A stretch of DNA of 64,000 nucleotides from positions 1,056,001-1,120,000 of the forward strand of contig OY970208.1 in the NCBI GenBank assembly GCA_963713865.1. The letters are read 5' to 3'. A model generated the notes under the pieces. It ran no database searches and was not told where the DNA came from. It worked only from the letters and a program-made list of their open reading frames with translations. The position numbers and the translations under genes are program-made. This document shows positions 40,011 to 49,448 of this stretch, one piece after another (position 1 is the stretch's first letter; each line of letters starts with the position of its first letter). This stretch comes from an uncultured candidate division Zixibacteria bacterium. Its GTDB lineage: Bacteria > Zixibacteria > MSB-5A5 > RBG-16-43-9.

Positions 40011-40352
40011 TTGATTTTATGGGCTTTTGGACTTCCCCTCAAGGACTTGGCAATTACCCCGAATTTTCGCAATAACCCATAAAGGCCCAAGATAACCCGC
40101 GGAAACCCAGACTAACTTGGCACAAATTTGGCACAGGGGTGGCGGGTAGCGTTTCCCTACCCTGTCTGTTCAGAATTACATCTGCCTGATAGAATTTCTA
40201 CAGGATTATTAGTGGAGATTTTAATCGAGTGAGCCTTAACTTGCCCAGGGGGTCAAAATATTTTCAGGTTGGAAAAAGAAAAGGGACAGGCTTCATTTGT
40301 CTGTCCCTTTGTTAATAGGTAATTTTCCTATCTGGTTGATAAGAACTTCTTT

Positions 40353-42224
40353 TTAGCTACAGGGTGCTGGTCCACCTTTGAAAAGATAATTGATTAGATA
40401 AACCACATCGGAAACTGTTGTTTTATCATCACAGTTGACATCCCCTAAATACACAGGGTCAGGTGGAGGTCCTCCTTTGAACAGATAATTAATCAAGAAA
40501 ATCACATCCGAGACAGTTGTTTTCTTATCCATATTCGCATCTCCGCGCAGATATTCGATTACTGGATAAGTAAACGTATTGACCTCTCCTGGTGGTGGAA
40601 TGGGGAAATTTTGTGCCAGAGGTTTATCCTCGTTTCCATCTAATTTTATGGTTATAGAATAGTGTCCTGTATCTGCATCAGGCTCTCTTTTGACTTTAAT
40701 AAGATATTCACCTAATAAGGGATTAGGTATAGTCACCTTATCCTGGTCATTAGTTGTATCGTAAGTGGCATCTAAGATGGTGTTAAAATCTATTCCGATT
40801 GAGTCTCCGCTTGGGTCGGTTACGATTAAATCCACTGGTGAGTAAGCCTTAAAATACAAGGTATCAGCTCTCTGTCCTATATGGAAATATTTGATAGTGG
40901 TGTAATCAGGGCCTGTTCCACTACCCGTGCTATATCCTGTGACATAGACATTTCCAGAACCATCAACAGCTATATCAGAAGCGATATCAGCAGAATTACT
41001 CTCCCCGTTGTATGTTACTATCCAGTGAAGGTATCCATTCAGGTCATACTTTAGAGTAACATAATCGAAATCTGTTAAATTCCCTCTGCTCCATCCAGCC
41101 ACATAAACATTGCCTTCACCATCAATGGTTATTGCTTGACCCCCGTCGCTATTGTTATCCGGATCGTTTTCTCTTCTTACCCAGGCAGTATCTCCATCCG
41201 GATGATATTTAATGGTGACGATGTCGTCGTTTATTCCACTGCCTCCCGCGCTAGATCCGGTCACATAGGCATTTCCAGAACCGTCTACAGACATAGCAAG
41301 AGCATCATCATAGTCGTTAGCCGGTCCATCATATCTTTGTACCCAGGCAAGAGACCCATCGGAATAATACTTTACGGTGGTATAGTCATAAGAAGAAGCG
41401 GATAGACTTGTTCCGGTCACATAGACATTACCAGCACCATCTACACCTATTGCCTTAGCATAATCCGTGGAATCTCCTGTTCCATTGTATCTTCTTACCC
41501 AGGCAGGATCACCATTGGGGTAGTACTTAATGGTGGTATAGTCATAGTCTGACCCTCCGCCGTAACTATGCCCGGTAACATAGACGTTGCCAGAATCATC
41601 TACGGCTATGGCATTAGCATAATCAGCGCCGTTTGCCGGGCCATTATATCTTCTCACCCAATTCTCATTTCCAAGTGCATCATACTTTACCGTTGCATAG
41701 TCATGGCCGGTTGAATCACCGTAACTATAGCCAGTCACATAGACATTTCCAGGACCGTCAACTGCCATGGCAGTAGCGTGGTCGTTTAAATTTACAGTTG
41801 AGTTATTATATTTCCTCACCCAGGCAGTATCTCCTGTGGCAGCATTATACTTTATGGTAACATAGTCATAGGAAGTTACAGCGTTAACGCTCCATCCGGT
41901 TACATAGACATAGCCAGAACTATGTGTGACTATAGCTTGAGCTTTATCTTCGTTGTCTGCTGTTCCGTTGTATGTTTTCACCCAGGCAACAGCCCCATCA
42001 GGATAATATTTGACTGTAGCATAATCCGGTAGAGGTTCCGTCCCAAGGGGAGTAACATAACCCGTAACGTAAACATTGCCAGAGCCATCTACAGCCAGGG
42101 CATTGGCTACATCCGTCCCATGTGAGTAGTCATACCTTCTCACCCAGGCAGTATCAACTGGTTGAGCGAACGCAGGCACACTAACTAAAAGCATAACCAC
42201 CAAAATGATTAGCTTCTTAAACAT
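40353..42224 (-). CDS. Secreted SBBP-repeat beta-propeller protein with C-terminal dockerin
   Basis: Eight AVDGSGNVYVTG-type repeats; signal peptide; [26 protein letters not shown]. Confidence 0.88.
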   Translation of the reverse strand: MFKKLIILVVMLLVSVPAFAQPVDTAWVRRYDYSHGTDVANALAVDGSGNVYVTGYVTPLGTEPLPDYATVKYYPDGAVAWVKTYNGTADNEDKAQAIVTHSSGYVYVTGWSVNAVTSYDYVTIKYNAATGDTAWVRKYNNSTVNLNDHATAMAVDGPGNVYVTGYSYGDSTGHDYATVKYDALGNENWVRRYNGPANGADYANAIAVDDSGNVYVTGHSYGGGSDYDYTTIKYYPNGDPAWVRRYNGTGDSTDYAKAIGVDGAGNVYVTGTSLSASSYDYTTVKYYSDGSLAWVQRYDGPANDYDDALAMSVDGSGNAYVTGSSAGGSGINDDIVTIKYHPDGDTAWVRRENDPDNNSDGGQAITIDGEGNVYVAGWSRGNLTDFDYVTLKYDLNGYLHWIVTYNGESNSADIASDIAVDGSGNVYVTGYSTGSGTGPDYTTIKYFHIGQRADTLYFKAYSPVDLIVTDPSGDSIGIDFNTILDATYDTTNDQDKVTIPNPLLGEYLIKVKREPDADTGHYSITIKLDGNEDKPLAQNFPIPPPGEVNTFTYPVIEYLRGDANMDKKTTVSDVIFLINYLFKGGPPPDPVYLGDVNCDDKTTVSDVVYLINYLFKGGPAPCS

Positions 42225-42283
42225 CTTTCCTCCTTTTTCAGGTTAGGGGAAGCAAGGTTCTTAACATTTATTTATTCAATAAA

Positions 42284-42311
42284 AGGATAATGCAAAAATA
42301 GGAAAAGTCAA
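42284..42311 (-). promoter_or_regulatory. Sigma-70-type promoter, duplicated upstream of 44491
   Basis: Minus-strand TTGACT-16 nt-TATCCT inside the conserved upstream block. Confidence 0.45.
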
Positions 42312-42616
42312 GCTAAATTCCTCTCACTAAACCCTAAGACAAGATACTCTTGACGGGTTTTGAAAGGTATAGTCCCAAAAAGGATCCTTTGGGATTCGAG
42401 AGGTGGGAGTAGCGCCCCTCTACCTCTATCTGTTCAGAATTACATCTGCCTGATAGAATTTCTACAGGATTATTAGTGGAGATTTTAATCGAGTGAGCCT
42501 TAACTTGCCCAGGGGGTCAAAATATTTTCAGGTTGGAAAAAGAAAAGGGACAGGCTTCATTTGTCTGTCCCTTTGTTAATAGGTAATTTTCCTATCTGGT
42601 TGATAAGAACTTCTTT

Positions 42617-44491
42617 TTAGCTACAGGGTGCTGGTCCACCTTTGAAAAGATAATTGATTAGATAAACCACATCGGAAACTGTTGTTTTATCATCACAGTT
42701 GACATCCCCTAAATACACAGGGTCAGGTGGAGGTCCTCCTTTGAACAGATAATTAATCAAGAAAATCACATCCGAGACAGTTGTTTTCTTATCCATATTC
42801 GTATCTCCGCGCAGATATTCTATAACCTGATAAGTAAATGTATCAAACTGGTCTGGGGGTGGAATGGGGAAATTTTGTGCCAGAGGTTTATCCTCGTTTC
42901 CATCTAATTTTATGGTTATAGAATAGTGTCCTGTATCTGCATCAGGCTCTCTTTTGACTTTAATAAGATATTCACCTAATAAGGGATTAGGTATAGTCAC
43001 CTTATCCTGGTCATTGGTAATATCATAAATAGCACCTGGTATAGTATTGAAATCTATCCCGATTGAGTCTTCGCTTGGGTCTGTTACTATTATATCCACT
43101 GGCGAGTAGGCAGTTATTTTTAGGATATCACTTCTCTGTTGTAGAGGTACATATTTGATAGTAGCATAGTCATAATCTGTCCCACTGCCGTAACTACATC
43201 CAGCCACATAGACATTGCCGGAACCATCTACCACCACTGCCGCAGTAGAATCTGAACCATTTCCCGGCCCATTGTACCTTTTTACCCAAGCCATGTCTCC
43301 ATTAGAATAATACTTAACAGTAGCATAATCAGTATAATAATGAGGCATACAGAAAATATATCCGGAAACATAAACATTACCAGAATTATCTATGGCTATT
43401 GCAGAAGCATAGTCATCCAAGTTGTCAGGCCCATTGTATCTTCTTACCCAAGCAGTATCTCCATTGGGATAATATTTCAGAGTAGCATAGTCCATATTCC
43501 AACGTCCTCTGCTATAGCCAGTAACATAAATATTGCCAGAATTATCTACGGTCATAGAAACAGCGTGATCATCCAAGGCCCAATCTATTCCATCGTATCT
43601 TCTAACCCAAGCAAGATCTCCATTGGGATAATATTTCAGGGTGGCATAATCATAATCTGTCCCACTGCCGTAACTCCATCCAGTCACATAGACATTACCT
43701 GAACCATCTACAGCTAAGTCGTAAGCTACATCCTCACCATTTCCCGGGCCGTTGTACCGTCTTACCCAGGCAGTATCTCCATTGGGATAATATTTCAGGG
43801 TAGCATAATCATAGCCTGTTACACTACCAATAGACTGACCAGTCACATAGACATTGCCAGAATTATCCACAGCTATGGCTTGGGCTATGTCGTCACTGTT
43901 TCCCGGTCCATTATATCTTGCTACCCATAGCTCATCCCCTGCAGAATCGTACTTTATAGTCACATAGTCACGATATGTCAGACTGTCGTAGCTAAGTCCG
44001 GTTACAAAAACATTCATAGAATTATCTACCGCTATTCCACGAGCCCAATCATCACCATTTCCTGATCCATTATATCTTCTTATCCAGGCGGTATCTCCGT
44101 TGGGGTAGTACTTTATCGTAGTATAGTCGTAATCTATTCCAATACCACCGTAACTGTATCCGGTTACACAGATATTATTATAACTATCCAAGGTTATAGC
44201 AGAAGCGCCATCAATGTAATTTGCTGGCCCATTATATCTTCTTACCCAGGCAGGGTCTCCGATAGTATTATACTTTATAGTAGCATAGTCATAATTTGTT
44301 CCAGTGCCACCGTAACTACATCCAGTAACATAGATATTGCCAGAATTATCTACTGCGATACCATTAGCATAGTCCCCACCGTATCCCAAGGGTCCGTTGT
44401 ACCTTCTCACCCAGGCAGTAACAAAGTCTTGAGCTAAGACGGGGATGCTTGACAAAAGAAGAACCAGCAGAATCATTAGCTTCTTAAACAT
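42617..44491 (-). CDS. Secreted SBBP-repeat beta-propeller protein with C-terminal dockerin (paralog of 40353..42224)
   Basis: Eight repeats; dockerin differs from the paralog by one residue. Confidence 0.88.
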   Translation of the reverse strand: MFKKLMILLVLLLSSIPVLAQDFVTAWVRRYNGPLGYGGDYANGIAVDNSGNIYVTGCSYGGTGTNYDYATIKYNTIGDPAWVRRYNGPANYIDGASAITLDSYNNICVTGYSYGGIGIDYDYTTIKYYPNGDTAWIRRYNGSGNGDDWARGIAVDNSMNVFVTGLSYDSLTYRDYVTIKYDSAGDELWVARYNGPGNSDDIAQAIAVDNSGNVYVTGQSIGSVTGYDYATLKYYPNGDTAWVRRYNGPGNGEDVAYDLAVDGSGNVYVTGWSYGSGTDYDYATLKYYPNGDLAWVRRYDGIDWALDDHAVSMTVDNSGNIYVTGYSRGRWNMDYATLKYYPNGDTAWVRRYNGPDNLDDYASAIAIDNSGNVYVSGYIFCMPHYYTDYATVKYYSNGDMAWVKRYNGPGNGSDSTAAVVVDGSGNVYVAGCSYGSGTDYDYATIKYVPLQQRSDILKITAYSPVDIIVTDPSEDSIGIDFNTIPGAIYDITNDQDKVTIPNPLLGEYLIKVKREPDADTGHYSITIKLDGNEDKPLAQNFPIPPPDQFDTFTYQVIEYLRGDTNMDKKTTVSDVIFLINYLFKGGPPPDPVYLGDVNCDDKTTVSDVVYLINYLFKGGPAPCS

Positions 44492-44848
44492 CTTTCCTCC
44501 TTTTTCAGGTTAGGGGAAGCAAGGTTCTTAACATTTATTTATTCAATAAAAGGATAATGCAAAAATAAGAAAAGTCAAGGTAAATTCCTGTCAGTTAGCC
44601 CTCAGACAAAAGACCCCTGACAGGCTTTAAGTAGGCATAGCCCCATATGGGAATTCTTTAGGATTCGAGGGGTAGCATCCCCTATACTTATCAGATTACT
44701 ATTTAGTTTAGCAGAGAGAATCTAAAGGTAATTTTATAGATAGAGATTACTGAAGAAGGTTTAACTAATTTCCATTTTGCTCCATTATTACTGCTAAAAA
44801 GTTCTTTACATCAATTATCTTATTAATTAAATTTATGAAGAATTTTGT

Positions 44849-47020
44849 ATGAAAAAAGAATCTGAAGATAAAACCCAGGACAATAAATCTTTTCTAAGAT
44901 TTAACCTGCTTATAGCTCTTCTGTGCGGGCTTTTAATCTTGGCTCATTTTCTCTCTTCTTTTTTCCCGAAAAGCAGATTGTGGGGGATTAACCATCTGGC
45001 ATATTTCCCTCTATGGGTGAGGCTTGTTTTCACCTTTCTGGGGCTTTTAGTCCTTGTGCCCGGGATTAACTCAAAAGTTTATAGCCTCTTTGAGCTGATC
45101 CTTTCATTTTTCCAGAGGATTTTTGCCAAGAGGGAAGTTTTAGGTTATGCCTTTTTAATTTTAGTTTCTATGTTCTTCTTCTGGCTTCTGAAGACCAAAA
45201 CCCATTTCTTGGGGGATGGTTATTATTCCATCTATCAGTTGAATACTGAAAAATATATAAGAATCGGCATAGAGCCTCTGGAGATCTTCGCTCATCTTTA
45301 TATCTATAAGTTCTTGAAGTTATTCTTTACACCTTCAGGTGAGGGTGTATATGCGGGAATGAGCATCTTAGCAGGTGGGGTCTTTGTCTTCTTTTCTTCT
45401 TTTCTGAGCAGGAGTTTAGCTGAGGATAGATTCGATAGAACGGTTATCTTCTCCTTACTTATTTTCTCCGGGGCAACCCAGCTTTTCTTAGGGTATGTTG
45501 AACATTATACCTTAACCTATGTCAGCGCTTTGGCCTATATTTATTTCTCCTTGAGGTATCTTCAGGGCAAAGGCAAAATCTTTTTACCAATATTTACCTG
45601 CATCCTCTCCGTAGCTTTCCATTTCTCCTTAGCCTACCTTCTTCCCTCACTTTTCTTTTTGTTTATCTTAAGAGAGAATAAAGGGGAGCTGGTCTTCAAT
45701 TTGAATAAAGCCTTACCCTATATTTTAATCCTTTTTTCCATACTTTTGCTTTCGGTCTATTATATCTGGAGTATGCATCATTTTTTGCTGGAGATTTTCA
45801 TCCCTTTTCTGAAAGAGAGGGCGTATGCACCAGGATATACCCTTTTTTCCTTTTCTCACCTTTTGGATATGCTCAATCAGTATCTTCTCCTTTCCCCGGC
45901 CGGGCTGATTTTACTTATAAGCCTGGCTGGGGTTTATAAAAATAAAATAAAATTGAAAGATCCGATCATAGTTTTCCTGATAATAGTCGGCATTGGACAG
46001 TTTCTCTATCACTTTTCAGTTGACCCTAAGTTTGGGGCAGTTAAAGACTGGGACTTGTTCTCCAGCGTAGCGTTAGGCTTTACCCTCTTAAGTATCTATC
46101 TGTTTATCAATTTAATTGAATCTAAAAGGTATTCGGGTGTAGTTTTGCTTTTCACCGCTTTACTCTCCACTCTCCCCTTTTTTATGCTGAATGCAAATGA
46201 CGGACGAGCCATCGCTCGGCTGAAAGATTTCCTGGATTTAGATGTGAAACGCGGCCTAGCTGGTAGATACTCCCTGATTACCTATTACCTTCAGCAGGAC
46301 AATCCGATAGAGGCTGAAAAGATCCGGGCTGAAATCTATAAGGCCTTTCCAGAAGACTCCTTAAATCGTATGGCGAAATTTTATATGAAATCAGGTAACC
46401 TGGATAAGGCTACCAGCTTGTTGAAAAGGGTGGTGGAGTTGAATCCGAGATATCAGGTGGCTTATAATGACCTGGGGATGATCTATCTAAAACAGGGTAA
46501 AATAGATCAAGCGATTGAGCTTTTTAAGTCGATTCTACAGACCGATCCTTTTAACCCTCAGGTTCACGTGAACTTAGGGTTAGCCTTTATGCTTAAAGAG
46601 GAGCTGGGGGAAGCCAAAAAGGAATTGGAGAAGAGCATAGAGTTCGGTATAAAAAAACCAGAGGTTTACTTTGACCTTGCCTCCATTTATTTGAGGCTTG
46701 GAGAAACGGAAAAAGCCATAAATTCATTTAAGGAAGCCCTGAGGATAAATCCCCGGTTTTATTATGCCCATTTCGGATTAGGACAGATCTATCTGGAGAT
46801 GAATTTGCTGGATGAGGCTCTGGCTGAATTTAGCCAGGTAGCAAAGCTACAGCCTGATTTTGCTTCATCTTATTATCATCTGGGGTTGGTTTATGAACGA
46901 AAAGGATTAAGAGAAAAAGCGATTGAGCAGTTCAAGCTATTTTTGAGATATAGTTCAGATGAGGCTCAAAATGAAAAGGTAAGAGGCTGGCTTCTAAAAC
47001 TTCGTTCCCAGAAGCCTTGA
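44849..47020 (+). CDS. Polytopic membrane protein with C-terminal TPR array
   Basis: About a dozen hydrophobic segments followed by repeated TPR motifs. Confidence 0.8.
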   Translation: MKKESEDKTQDNKSFLRFNLLIALLCGLLILAHFLSSFFPKSRLWGINHLAYFPLWVRLVFTFLGLLVLVPGINSKVYSLFELILSFFQRIFAKREVLGYAFLILVSMFFFWLLKTKTHFLGDGYYSIYQLNTEKYIRIGIEPLEIFAHLYIYKFLKLFFTPSGEGVYAGMSILAGGVFVFFSSFLSRSLAEDRFDRTVIFSLLIFSGATQLFLGYVEHYTLTYVSALAYIYFSLRYLQGKGKIFLPIFTCILSVAFHFSLAYLLPSLFFLFILRENKGELVFNLNKALPYILILFSILLLSVYYIWSMHHFLLEIFIPFLKERAYAPGYTLFSFSHLLDMLNQYLLLSPAGLILLISLAGVYKNKIKLKDPIIVFLIIVGIGQFLYHFSVDPKFGAVKDWDLFSSVALGFTLLSIYLFINLIESKRYSGVVLLFTALLSTLPFFMLNANDGRAIARLKDFLDLDVKRGLAGRYSLITYYLQQDNPIEAEKIRAEIYKAFPEDSLNRMAKFYMKSGNLDKATSLLKRVVELNPRYQVAYNDLGMIYLKQGKIDQAIELFKSILQTDPFNPQVHVNLGLAFMLKEELGEAKKELEKSIEFGIKKPEVYFDLASIYLRLGETEKAINSFKEALRINPRFYYAHFGLGQIYLEMNLLDEALAEFSQVAKLQPDFASSYYHLGLVYERKGLREKAIEQFKLFLRYSSDEAQNEKVRGWLLKLRSQKP

Positions 47021-47039
47021 TAATTTGGGAGAAAGAACC

Positions 47040-47203
47040 GCAGGGGCAATTCATGAATTGTTCCTACACTTTTCTCCAAACCTATTCTATTGGGTGGGGC
47101 TTAATTCCCTACGGATCCTAAGGCTTTTATCGACTGCCCCTACGCGGGCTTGATAAATCAAGCAACTACAGATATGGAGGTAGGGGTTCGATTTATTGAG
47201 CCC
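47040..47203. repeat. REP cluster including a diverged mini-element copy (47108-47134, minus)
   Basis: GCAGGGGCAATTCATGAATTGTTCCTAC; GCTTGATAAATCAAGCAACTAC; GTAGGGGTTCGATTTATTGAGCCC; minus-strand GTCGATAAAAGCCTTAGGATCCGTAGG. Confidence 0.75.
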
Positions 47204-47332
47204 GAATTGTCTCACAACAGCCCATCTTAACCCTTCATCATTTCACCCTTACAGCCGATAATTAGAATAGCGGAAAAGCCCCCGGATATAAGGAGGCTAA
47301 GAACAAATGCTATTTTAGAAAATTCTTTGCCA

Positions 47333-48487
47333 ATGGATGATCTCAGACTACCAAAGCATAAGGAGAAAATAGGTTACAGGGGGAATACCTATGCGGTTGA
47401 AACAGAATACGATTTGTTGTTAGAACGGGTGTCGGTTAGACTGTTTAAGAATCGGAGGCTGGTCTCCTCCCGGTCAATAAAGATCAGAAGTGCTCAATCT
47501 GAAAAGACCCCGGATCAAACAGAAATTGAAAGGATAAAAGAGCAGATCGCTTATTATCATAGAGAAGAGTATGCTTTACTCCTCTCACTTTTCGAGCTTT
47601 CCCAGAAGTTAAAAGTCTCAGGTGATGGGCCTTCTCACCATAGTTTAGGGTTGATCTTTTTAGGGCGTGAGCTTTTAGAGGAAGCCAAGGAAGAATTCTT
47701 AAGTGCTCTGGTTAAGACCCCCAATTATTCCCTGGTTTACAATCATTTAGGCATAGTCTATCTGAAGTTAGGGATGGTAGATGAGAGCATAAAAAGTTTT
47801 CAGTCCGCCCTTAAGATCAACTCTGATTTTGCAGATTATCATCATAATTTAGGAAATGCAATCCTGGAAAAGAAAAATTACTTAGAGGCGGAAAAGGAGT
47901 TTAAGGAAGCTTTGAGACTGAATCCGAGATACCAGGAGGTTTACCTTAATTTAGGTTACAGCTGTCTGGAGTGGGGAAGGGAGGATAGGGACATAAGCAC
48001 AGATACCGTTTTGAAAGAAGCTTTAGATAATTTCAAAAGGGCTTATCAATATGGTTTTAAGAAAGACCTGCGCATGGAGGAGCTTTTAGAGAGAGCTTTC
48101 ACCTGGGAGGACCTCTCCCGGGTCTATATGATTTTGAGAAACCTGCTGACTGAAGGGAGCAGTCTGGATATCAAATCGCTCTGCGAATATTTCAGATTGC
48201 GTTTTAAATATGACCCTAAAGCAGTGGAGAAAAAAGAGGTGGAGGATTATCTTCTCCAGCTTTCAAGTGAGATAGTCGAGGGTAAAAACTATCCGGATTT
48301 AAGGTATTCTTTAGCTTTAAGTTATATTTTCTATTCCCGTTATTTTCTCAAGCTGGCAGAAAAACGATTTCAGAGTTACTTCCAATTGGAAAAAGATAAA
48401 AGCTCAGAAAAAAACAATTTTAAAATCACTGAGGAACTGGAGAAAAAAGTAGAGGAATTTTTGGAGGAGGTTGAGATCAAAGGTTAG
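47333..48487 (+). CDS. TPR-repeat protein
   Basis: TPRs such as YNHLGIVYLKLG and HHNLGNAI; start uncertain (TTG 47327 or ATG 47333). Confidence 0.8.
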   Translation: MDDLRLPKHKEKIGYRGNTYAVETEYDLLLERVSVRLFKNRRLVSSRSIKIRSAQSEKTPDQTEIERIKEQIAYYHREEYALLLSLFELSQKLKVSGDGPSHHSLGLIFLGRELLEEAKEEFLSALVKTPNYSLVYNHLGIVYLKLGMVDESIKSFQSALKINSDFADYHHNLGNAILEKKNYLEAEKEFKEALRLNPRYQEVYLNLGYSCLEWGREDRDISTDTVLKEALDNFKRAYQYGFKKDLRMEELLERAFTWEDLSRVYMILRNLLTEGSSLDIKSLCEYFRLRFKYDPKAVEKKEVEDYLLQLSSEIVEGKNYPDLRYSLALSYIFYSRYFLKLAEKRFQSYFQLEKDKSSEKNNFKITEELEKKVEEFLEEVEIKG

Positions 48488-48488
48488 T

Positions 48489-49436
48489 ATGCAGAATTCA
48501 GATCAGATGACACTCAAAGAGAAATTGAAACCGGGCTCAAAAGAGTTAAAGATCGATTTAGAAAATTATCCGCCCGGCATTATATCCCTGCTCGCTCTCA
48601 ATTTTAACAGTGAGGGATTTCCGGATAAGGGGGTCTCTTTCTTAATTTCGGCTCTAACCGAGGAGCCAGAGAGATGGGAGCTGTATGATAAATTAGTGAT
48701 TTTAGCTGTCAGAGCTGAAAAACCTGCCGAAGCAGAAAAGGCACTTTTAGAAGCGCATGCTCTTTTCCCGGATAATTCTCAGGTCTGCGGGAGCCTGGGG
48801 AAGCTCTGCTTTCTGCAGAGAAAATTTTTACCGGCAGAAGAATTTCTGGAAAAGAGTATAAAGCTTAATCCGGAAGACGGGGTAAACCACCTTTTTTTAG
48901 CCTTGAGCAGATTGGCTCTTTTTTCCGAAGAAGAGAGGATAGATTCTGCCGAATTCCAGGAGTTTTTAAAAATCGAGAGAGAGGTTCAGAAATTTAAAGA
49001 ATTAAATCCGGAGATGATCGATGACGCCCTTCTCAAAGGGGAAGAGCTTCTGGCCCAGGGGAATCATTCTGAAGCTTTTAAGTTTTTAGAAAAAAGTTTG
49101 AGTAATTATCTGGATAAAGAGATGGAGTTCTCCAGATTTCACCAGCTTTTCTGTTCTCTCTACCTTGAGTCCGGCAAATCAGATTTGGAGGAGCTGAAGG
49201 AGTATATCTACGAGCTGGAAAAAAAATTGAAGATTTCCTCACCCTCGGCCGAAACGTTAAACCGTCTGGGCTGCGCTTATCTGCTCTTCTTTATAAACCT
49301 GATTAAATCCGGCGAGGAACAATTAGAAAAGGCATTGAGTCTGGATCCGGAATTTGATGCGGCCTCAAAAGCACTGGATTTTTTGAAACACAAGAAAAAA
49401 GGTATGGCTGCTCTTCTCGATTCCCTGAAGTTTTAG
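48489..49436 (+). CDS. TPR-repeat protein
   Basis: TPR-like helices; ATG directly after the upstream stop. Confidence 0.75.
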   Translation: MQNSDQMTLKEKLKPGSKELKIDLENYPPGIISLLALNFNSEGFPDKGVSFLISALTEEPERWELYDKLVILAVRAEKPAEAEKALLEAHALFPDNSQVCGSLGKLCFLQRKFLPAEEFLEKSIKLNPEDGVNHLFLALSRLALFSEEERIDSAEFQEFLKIEREVQKFKELNPEMIDDALLKGEELLAQGNHSEAFKFLEKSLSNYLDKEMEFSRFHQLFCSLYLESGKSDLEELKEYIYELEKKLKISSPSAETLNRLGCAYLLFFINLIKSGEEQLEKALSLDPEFDAASKALDFLKHKKKGMAALLDSLKF

Positions 49437-49448
49437 GGAGGAAATAAT

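Larger units (their letters stand above)
40165..44695. repeat. Tandem duplication, unit ~2264 bp
   Basis: 40165-40537 reads identically at 42429-42801; upstream regions 42208-42312 and 44475-44579 differ by one base. Confidence 0.9.

Noticed and set aside
40118-40133. GG-N10-GC as a sigma-54 promoter
   Set aside because: The -12 box is TGGC not TTGC, and no plus-strand gene follows; better explained as a direct repeat
40353-44491. Paralog pair as DGR template and variable repeats
   Set aside because: No reverse transcriptase; differences are not adenine-specific; both copies are full genes
2-44491. A true cellulosome
   Set aside because: No recognisable cellulase, hemicellulase or CBM3 among the dockerin or cohesin proteins in this window
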